NCBI RefSeq assembly: GCF_014280195.1
Contig: NZ_CP047960.1
Span: 420,001-452,000, forward strand
Length of the DNA: 32,000 nt
Source: Synechococcus sp. A15-24
GTDB lineage: Bacteria; Cyanobacteriota; Cyanobacteriia; PCC-6307; Cyanobiaceae
Reading direction: 5' to 3'
The first letter of the stretch is position 1. Each line of letters opens with the position of its first letter. The notes under the pieces are model-generated. The model was not told the DNA's origin. It was given only the letters and a program-made list of their open reading frames with translations, and made no database searches. Made by a program: the position numbers and the translations under genes. This document shows positions 23,597 through 32,000 of the stretch, piece by piece.

Positions 23597-24910
23597 TCAG
23601 ATTCCCAGTCGCTCCCAGATCACCCCAAGGTTGGCCTGATGCAGTTCGGTGCTGAAGCATTCCGCTAATTGGTCGGCTGACAGGCGACTGCAGACATCCG
23701 CGTCGGCTTCCAGGTTGGCGCGGAAGTCTCCACCTTCATGGTTCCAGGCGGTGTGGGCGTTGCGCTGCACGATCCGGTAAGCCTCTTCGCGGCTCATGCC
23801 GGTGCCCACCAGGGCCAGCAGCACCCGCTGGCTGAACACCACACCGCCGTAGACGTTCATGTTGCGGCGCATGTTGTCGGGATACACGCCGAGACCCTTC
23901 ACCACGCTGGTCATCTCATGCAGCATGAAATGGAGGGTGACGGAACAGTCCGGCAGCATCATTCGTTCGGTGGAGCTGTGACTGATGTCGCGCTCGTGCC
24001 AAAGAGCAACGTTCTCCAGTGCCGCCACCACGTAGCTGCGCAGCACGCGGGCCAGGCCGCTGATGCGTTCGCTGCGGATCGGGTTGCGCTTGTGGGGCAT
24101 GGCGGAACTGCCCTTCTGGCCCTTAGCGAAGTTCTCCTCCACCTCGAGCACATCGGTGCGCTGCAGGTTGCGGATCTCCGTCGCGAAGCGATCGAGGGAG
24201 GCGCCCACAAGGGCCAGGGTCTGAACGTAGTCGGCGTGGCGATCGCGGGAAATCACCTGGGTGCTGGCGGTATCCGGCGTCAGGCCAAGGATTTCACAGG
24301 TGATGGCTTCCACCTGGGGGTTGGTGTTGGCGTATGTGCCCATGGCCCCACTGATCTGCCCGACGGCCACCTCTTCTTCCAGCCGCGCCAGGCGGCTGCG
24401 GTTGCGTTCGGTTTCCGCCAGCCAGCCGGCGAGCTTGAAGCCAAAGGTGATCGGCTCCCCATGAATGGCATGGGAACGGCCAATCATTTCGGTGGCTTTG
24501 TGCTCACGGGCCAACGCCCGTAGGGCGTCGGCCAAGGCATCCAGCTCCTGTCGGAGCAGGGCAACGGACCGCTTCAGCTGCAGTGCCAGGCCGGTGTCCA
24601 GTACATCGCTGCTGGTCATGCCCACGTGAATGTGACGGCCGGCATCACCGACGTGTTCGTTCACGTTGGTGAGGAAGGCGATCACGTCATGGCGAACTTC
24701 CGCTTCGATTTCGAGGATCCGCTCCACGGAGAAGTCAGCCTTGGCCTTGATCGTGTCCAGCGCATCCTGGGGGACACATCCGAGGCGGCAGTTGGCTTCT
24801 GTGGCGGCGATCTCCACATCCAGCCAGCTCTGGAACTTCGCCTGCTCACTCCAGACGGACCCCATCTCGGGAAGGGTGTAACGCTCGATCAACTGCTTGC
24901 GCGCTCGCAC
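23597..24910 (-). CDS. purB: Adenylosuccinate lyase
   Basis: Fumarate-lyase signature GSSAMPHKRNP. The N-terminus IERYTLPEMGSVWSE is typical of PurB. The real start may be the TTG at 24892 (MIERYT...) rather than the GTG at 24910. Confidence 0.95.
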   Translation of the reverse strand: MRARKQLIERYTLPEMGSVWSEQAKFQSWLDVEIAATEANCRLGCVPQDALDTIKAKADFSVERILEIEAEVRHDVIAFLTNVNEHVGDAGRHIHVGMTSSDVLDTGLALQLKRSVALLRQELDALADALRALAREHKATEMIGRSHAIHGEPITFGFKLAGWLAETERNRSRLARLEEEVAVGQISGAMGTYANTNPQVEAITCEILGLTPDTASTQVISRDRHADYVQTLALVGASLDRFATEIRNLQRTDVLEVEENFAKGQKGSSAMPHKRNPIRSERISGLARVLRSYVVAALENVALWHERDISHSSTERMMLPDCSVTLHFMLHEMTSVVKGLGVYPDNMRRNMNVYGGVVFSQRVLLALVGTGMSREEAYRIVQRNAHTAWNHEGGDFRANLEADADVCSRLSADQLAECFSTELHQANLGVIWERLGI

Positions 24911-25355
24911 AACCTGACAACTCTATGAAGTTGCCGGACACTGCAAAGCTGAATCGAGGAGAGGAGGGTGAAAGCAGAATTGAAAGTGAGCACCGAATTA
25001 GATGTAAATTAATATTTAGTGAGATTAAGGGCCTGGACCGGCTTCACTTTCACTCTGGCTGTTATTAGGGGGAATTAAAATGAAGTCAGAAGTTATTTCG
25101 TTAGGGAATGAAAGTCGGACAGCAAAGTCGCAGCTGTTTGTCAAGTAGAGGATTGCGAGGCTATGGGTATTGCACGAATATCAAGAAGTCGAAGAATTTA
25201 TGTTACCCAGGGTGCCATTTCTTTGGGTATAAAGGGCCTAGACTTGAGGCCTGGAGACAATTGGTTTTGCAGTGCGCTATACATATCTCTGGTCGAAAAT
25301 ATAAATGTATCTAAGATCAGGATCCGCGATTTATTTGGAGGTGAGTCGTTTCGAC

Positions 25356-25826
<471 letters not shown>

Positions 25827-25828
25827 CT

Positions 25829-28150
<2,322 letters not shown>

Positions 28151-28240
28151 CGCCTGATCCAGTAGCGCTTCGCTGGTCTGGGCCAGGTCCGAGAGCAGCA
28201 GCAGGGCGTCCAGTGGTGGCCTTACGTCAGGAAGATCAGC

Positions 28241-29443
28241 CTATCGAGACTTCCGCGCCCGCCCGCCGATCAATCCGGTGGATTCCAGGGAGCAACGCAC
28301 CAGCAGCCCCAGGATCACCAGGCTGGACATCAGTGAATTGCCTCCGTAACTCACTAATGGCAGTGGCAGTCCGGTGGTGGGCATGGCCCCGGAGGCGACG
28401 GCGATGTTGAGGATCGACTGGCCCACCAGGATCGTGCAGCAGCCGATCGCCACCAGCCGGGTCTGGTTGCAACGGCAGCGCAGGGCCACCCGCAGCCCCA
28501 CCCAGGCCACCAGCATCAGAAACAGCAGCAGCACTACTGAGCCCACAAAGCCGAATTCCTCAGCGAACACCGCATAGATGAAATCGGTGCTCTGGATCGG
28601 CAGATATTGCAGCTTTTGGGTGGAGAGGCCATAGCCCTGGCCTGTGAGCCCGCCGGAGCCGATGGCCAGCAGGCTTTGCACCAGCTGATAGCCGTCCCCC
28701 ATCGGATCAGCCCAGGGGTCGAGGAACGACACCACCCGCAGCCGTTGGTATTCATTGATCAGGATGCTGGTGGCGCCCAAGGCGCCACCAGCAATGGCGG
28801 TGCCCAACAGGCTGCACCAGCGGATGCCAGAGGCCAACGCCACCATCCAAAGGGTCAGGCCGATCAATGCGGCGGTTGAAAGGTTGGGTTGCTTGAGGAT
28901 CAACAGCAGCAACCCCCCGAAGCTGCCAAGCCACAGCAGCTTTTGATCCAGACGCATCCGGCACCAGGGGGCAAACAGGTTGGCCGCCTGCAGCACCACA
29001 AACGGCTTCACCAGCTCCGATGGCTGGATCTGCAGCGGCCCCAGCACCAGCCAGCGGCTGGCGCCGTTCACCGTGGTGCCCATCACCAGGGTGGCGGCGA
29101 TCAGCAGGCAGCCCATCCACAAGGCTGGGCCGGCCCAGCGCAGGCAGCGCCTCAGGTTGGCGGTTACCGCCAGGCTGAACAGACTCCAGCTGGCGATCAG
29201 CCAGATCGCCTGGCGCTTCACGTAGAAGGCACCATCGCCGATCTCCCGGGCGGCCACCCACCAACTGGCGGAGCCCAGCACCAGCAATCCCGCCAGGCTC
29301 CAGAAGGCGGCCAGGCCCACCAGTAGCCGTGCTTCCGCTGGCCAGAGGGCCCAGGGCAGGGGCATCAGCCGCTGGATCAACCCAGGGCGCTGCTGAACCC
29401 GTTCAGGGGCAGTGCGGCGGCGAGGGGCTGTGGCGGTGACCAA
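28241..29443 (-). CDS. ftsW: FtsW/RodA/SpoVE-family peptidoglycan glycosyltransferase (cell division)
   Basis: Multi-TM protein with GQGYGLSTQKLQYLPIQSTDFIYAVFAEEFGFVG and GLPLPLVSYGGNSL. The TTG start at 29443 is uncertain. Confidence 0.9.
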   Translation of the reverse strand: MVTATAPRRRTAPERVQQRPGLIQRLMPLPWALWPAEARLLVGLAAFWSLAGLLVLGSASWWVAAREIGDGAFYVKRQAIWLIASWSLFSLAVTANLRRCLRWAGPALWMGCLLIAATLVMGTTVNGASRWLVLGPLQIQPSELVKPFVVLQAANLFAPWCRMRLDQKLLWLGSFGGLLLLILKQPNLSTAALIGLTLWMVALASGIRWCSLLGTAIAGGALGATSILINEYQRLRVVSFLDPWADPMGDGYQLVQSLLAIGSGGLTGQGYGLSTQKLQYLPIQSTDFIYAVFAEEFGFVGSVVLLLFLMLVAWVGLRVALRCRCNQTRLVAIGCCTILVGQSILNIAVASGAMPTTGLPLPLVSYGGNSLMSSLVILGLLVRCSLESTGLIGGRARKSR

Positions 29444-29541
29444 CGGGAGCTATTGCAACATTCGATGCCCCATTGAGCCGCGTCATTGACGCTTTGCCAA
29501 GCCATTGGTTATCAACAAATCATGGCCTTGAGGCCTTGGCA

Positions 29542-29748
29542 TCAGGCGGCCCGCAGCCGTTCGTGCTCCACTTCCCATTGCACAAATTGACCCCAAGCCT
29601 GCTGACGCACCCAGCAGCGACCGCCTCGGCATTGAATTAATTGAAACGGCGGCAGGTCGGCGGGTTGGTTGTCGAGCGTCACAAAGGTTCCCGGCCGCAG
29701 AAGCGGCACCACCTTGGCGGGTTTGGGGCGGTGATCAGACACGTCCAA
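29542..29748 (-). CDS. Hypothetical small protein (about 66-68 aa)
   Basis: The ORF has only TTG (29748) or GTG (29742) as possible starts. It has no recognisable motif and fills an otherwise empty core-region gap. Confidence 0.35.
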   Translation of the reverse strand: MDVSDHRPKPAKVVPLLRPGTFVTLDNQPADLPPFQLIQCRGGRCWVRQQAWGQFVQWEVEHERLRAA

Positions 29749-29924
29749 AGGGTGGCTTGCAGCGATCCTCCCGGCGGATCGCTAGCCGCCGGATGGATCG
29801 CCGGTTTTCTTCGGGATCGGTGCGGTTTTTATGACGGAATGGCACAAATGCAGGGTTCCGGTGCGGAGCTGCTGACGTCTTTTCCCCTTGTTTGCACACT
29901 TGGCTTCAAGCCAGAGCCTCAGTA

Positions 29925-30515
29925 ATGGCGGCCACGATCTATCTGCACTGGACCGCCACCGGTTATGACTGGATCCGCCCCGGTCATTACCACCGGATCA
30001 TTGGCGGTGATGGCCGCGTCCATCGCCTGCATGCCCTAACGGCAGATCTGCCGGCCCACACCTGGCGGCGCAACAGCAACAGCATCGCCCTGGCCTGTGA
30101 CTGCATGGGCGGTCAACCCGATCCCTGGACGCTGTCGCCCACGGCGGCTCAGCTGCACAGCCTGTGCCAGGAGGTGGCGGCCATCGCCCGTAGCTGGGGC
30201 TGGACGGCCGCCGACATCACGATCCAGTCGGTGATGACCCGCGCGGAAGCCGCCTCCAACCGCGACGGCCGCTGGATGCATGACAACTACGGACCTGTGA
30301 TCTGGGGCGGCACCGGGGAGCGCTGGGATCTGCTGCAGTTGGAGCAGCACGGGCCCAGTGATGGCGGTGAACAGCTGCGGCAGCGGATTGCGGCCTTGCT
30401 GAGCGGAGATGAGCTGGCGCTGCCGGCGAGCGATCGGCTGGCGTTCCGCGGCTTCACCAGCATCGAAGCCCGCGGTAAGAAGCTATCGATGCCGATGGCC
30501 GCTCCTGGGCGTTGA
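29925..30515 (+). CDS. Amidase_2 / PGRP-like (T7-lysozyme-fold) domain protein
   Basis: IYLHWTAT, GHYHRIIGGDGRV, NSNSIALACDCMGG and LSPTAAQLHSLCQEV parallel the T7 lysozyme blocks IFVHCSAT, GYHFIIKRDGTV, NHNSIGVCLVGG and FTPAQMQSLRSLL. I prefer ATG 29925 to TTG 29892. Confidence 0.65.
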   Translation: MAATIYLHWTATGYDWIRPGHYHRIIGGDGRVHRLHALTADLPAHTWRRNSNSIALACDCMGGQPDPWTLSPTAAQLHSLCQEVAAIARSWGWTAADITIQSVMTRAEAASNRDGRWMHDNYGPVIWGGTGERWDLLQLEQHGPSDGGEQLRQRIAALLSGDELALPASDRLAFRGFTSIEARGKKLSMPMAAPGR

Positions 30516-30817
30516 TGGTGGACCTGTTGCAGCGCTACGACCTCTCTCCCCAGTGGGATGCCAATCAACGCCGGGTTTTGATTGCGGCAAACGATGTGGC
30601 CCCCACCTACCGGGACGATGCCGTGCAGGCGACCGTGGGTTGGCCGCTGGTGGAGATGGCCCTGCAGAGCGGCCAGACCCCAGTGATCCTTACGGGCATT
30701 CTTCGTCCTTCGCCCGACGGGGATCGGGCCTGGTGCCGCGTGCTGGAGTTCGCTGAGGAGTTCGGTATCAGTGTCAGCTTTGAGCCGTTGCTGCTCGGGG
30801 AACGGCGTGGGGGCTAA
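30512..30817 (+). CDS. Hypothetical protein (about 100 aa)
   Basis: Its start overlaps the upstream stop (TTGATG). It is on the same strand as its neighbours. No motif recognised. A competing antisense ORF (30287-30826) has Arg/Pro/Gly-rich shadow composition. Confidence 0.4.
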   Translation: MMVDLLQRYDLSPQWDANQRRVLIAANDVAPTYRDDAVQATVGWPLVEMALQSGQTPVILTGILRPSPDGDRAWCRVLEFAEEFGISVSFEPLLLGERRGG

Positions 30818-30867
30818 GTCCCTCAATGCCCCGTAGGGTGAAGAATCTGGTCGTTGTTCTCTAAGCG

Positions 30868-31683
30868 ATGGCCGCGAAACAGCGTCTGGATCTGGAGCTG
30901 CTGAGCCGTGGGCTGGTTGCCTCGCGGCAACAGGCGCAGCAACTGATCCGGGCCGGCAAGGTGCGCGATGGCGCCGGCACCTTGCTGGACAAGCCCGGCA
31001 CTGAGGTTGCTGCAGCGCTGGAGCTGCGGGTGGAGCAGCCCCCCCGCTTCGTCTCGCGCGGCGGCGAGAAATTGCTGGCCGGCCTGCAGGCCTTTCCGAT
31101 CGCCACTGAAGGCCGCGTCTGTCTGGATGGCGGCATCTCCACCGGTGGCTTCACCGATTGCCTGCTTCAGCACGGCGCCTCCCGGGTGTACGGCGTGGAT
31201 GTGGGCTACGGCCAGACCTCCTGGAGCCTGCGCACCGATGAACGGGTGGTCTTGCGGGAACGCACCAATCTGCGCCACCTGCAGCCCGAGCAGCTGTACG
31301 GGGCGGAGGATCCCTGGCCCAGTCTGGCGGTGACCGATGTGTCGTTCATTTCCCTGCGCCTGGTTCTGCCGGCCTTGCGACGCCTGCTGAAGCCAGCGGA
31401 TGGGGCCTGCCCTGAGGCTCTGGTGTTGGTGAAACCTCAGTTTGAAGTGGGTAAGGATCGGGTGGGCAAGGGCGGCGTGGTGCGCAATCCGGCGGCCCAC
31501 CGCGATGCGATTGAGCTGGTGATGGCGTCGGCCGCTGAATTGGGTTGGCATCCGCAAGGCATCGTGGCCTCGCCGATCACCGGCCCGGCTGGCAACCACG
31601 AGTACGTGCTCTGGCTGGCGGAAGCAGAGGGCGCCTTGCTGCCGGATCTCGAATCATTGGTCGCGACCACTCTGGCCAGCTGA
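30868..31683 (+). CDS. tlyA: TlyA-family rRNA (cytidine-2'-O)-methyltransferase
   Basis: N-terminus is S4-like (RLDLELLSRGLVASRQQAQQLIRAGKV). Then FVSRGGEKL and the FtsJ-type SAM-binding motif CLDGGISTGGFTDCLLQHGA. Confidence 0.9.
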   Translation: MAAKQRLDLELLSRGLVASRQQAQQLIRAGKVRDGAGTLLDKPGTEVAAALELRVEQPPRFVSRGGEKLLAGLQAFPIATEGRVCLDGGISTGGFTDCLLQHGASRVYGVDVGYGQTSWSLRTDERVVLRERTNLRHLQPEQLYGAEDPWPSLAVTDVSFISLRLVLPALRRLLKPADGACPEALVLVKPQFEVGKDRVGKGGVVRNPAAHRDAIELVMASAAELGWHPQGIVASPITGPAGNHEYVLWLAEAEGALLPDLESLVATTLAS

Positions 31684-31693
31684 TGGACAACAA

Positions 31694-31720
31694 AAAGCCC
31701 GACTGCAGGGGCCGGGCTTT
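31694..31720. terminator. Bidirectional rho-independent terminator between convergent tlyA and apcC
   Basis: AAAGCCCG (31694-31701), an 11-nt loop, CGGGCTTT (31713-31720). The U-tract is better on the minus strand (TTTTTGTTG) than on the plus strand (TTTTC). Confidence 0.65.
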
Positions 31721-31740
31721 TCAATTGATCGTTTTTGAGA

Positions 31741-31941
31741 TCAGTTACCGACGTTGACCTGACGGTCGCCGGTGCAGAGCTCCACCTTGATGATGCGGCC
31801 CCCTTGCTTCTGAATCCGCTGTTGCTCAGCGAACCAGCTGTCGTAGGGGACCCACTTGGTGAAGAAGGTGTTCTGCAATTCGCGCTGCGTCCGCACCTTT
31901 TCAGGGCTGGGGATGCAGGCGGTGACTTTGAACAACCGCAT
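31741..31941 (-). CDS. apcC: Phycobilisome core linker Lc7.8 (CpcD-like domain)
   Basis: MRLFKVTACIPSPEKVRTQRELQNTFFTKWVPYDSWFAEQQRIQKQGGRIIKVEL closely matches ApcC sequences I recall. It lies 5 nt downstream of the apcB stop. Confidence 0.95.
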   Translation of the reverse strand: MRLFKVTACIPSPEKVRTQRELQNTFFTKWVPYDSWFAEQQRIQKQGGRIIKVELCTGDRQVNVGN

Positions 31942-31946
31942 GGGCC

Positions 31947-32000
31947 TCAGTTGCCCAGACCGGAGCAGATGTAGTCGAAGTACACACCCATTTCCTTGCC
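31947..32000 (-). CDS. apcB: Allophycocyanin beta subunit, 3' end only (runs off the window)
   Basis: The minus-strand translation ...GKEMGVYFDYICSGLGN then stop (TGA at 31947-31949) matches the ApcB C-terminus. Confidence 0.8.
   Translation of the reverse strand, partial: GKEMGVYFDYICSGLGN

Noticed and set aside
25139-25144. A perfect TTGACA (minus strand) in the AT-rich spacer, considered as the purB promoter -35 element
   Set aside because: The hexamer 17 nt downstream is TGTCCG, which is not -10-like, so I do not call a promoter.
24911-25355. A known riboswitch (glutamine-type or purine-type) in the glnB-purB spacer
   Set aside because: I could not find the conserved cores I remember for these motifs on either strand (for example a CGUUC-containing three-way junction). 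This is a memory-based check only, so the region stays as an open finding and not as a named RNA.
30823-31599. A 258-aa minus-strand ORF antisense to tlyA, and a 179-aa ORF (30287-30826, -) antisense to the amidase-like gene and the following gene
   Set aside because: TlyA motifs (S4, FVSRGGEKL, GGISTGGFTD) are on the plus strand. The minus frames are Gly/Ala/Arg/Gln-rich with no motifs.

Overview
The window reads as a marine picocyanobacterium (Synechococcus-like). This rests on apcB/apcC, glnB, ccs1-ccdA-ftsW, purB, queF and tlyA at 23.6-32 kb, and on hand-counted GC of about 63% in most genes. There are three parts. (1) 1-6.9 kb is a lower-GC, mobile-looking islet. It holds a tyrosine integrase, an orphan ParA, a low-GC metzincin with a type-I-secretion-like C-terminus, an ABM monooxygenase, and a three-member small-gene family of which two copies are decayed. 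(2) 6.9-23.6 kb is a tightly packed cell-surface polysaccharide locus. It contains three sulfotransferases, a CBS-NeuB-SAF-TIM-barrel fusion, three tandem paralogous proteins carrying sialyl/Kdo-transferase-type motifs, and NeuA. It also contains KpsC, a KpsS fused to a PlsC-type acyltransferase, a KAS/ACP/OlsB-like N-acyltransferase operon, and a Wza/KpsD-like exporter. (3) 23.6-32 kb is conserved core genes, interrupted by one 445-bp AT-rich spacer. The best candidate for an undescribed system is part 2. I infer a Kps-type, lipid-anchored, probably sulfated nonulosonic-acid polymer whose lipid anchor seems to be made by locus-encoded acyl-ACP enzymes, possibly an amino lipid rather than lyso-phosphatidylglycerol. 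All family assignments come from motifs read by eye. No database search was run.
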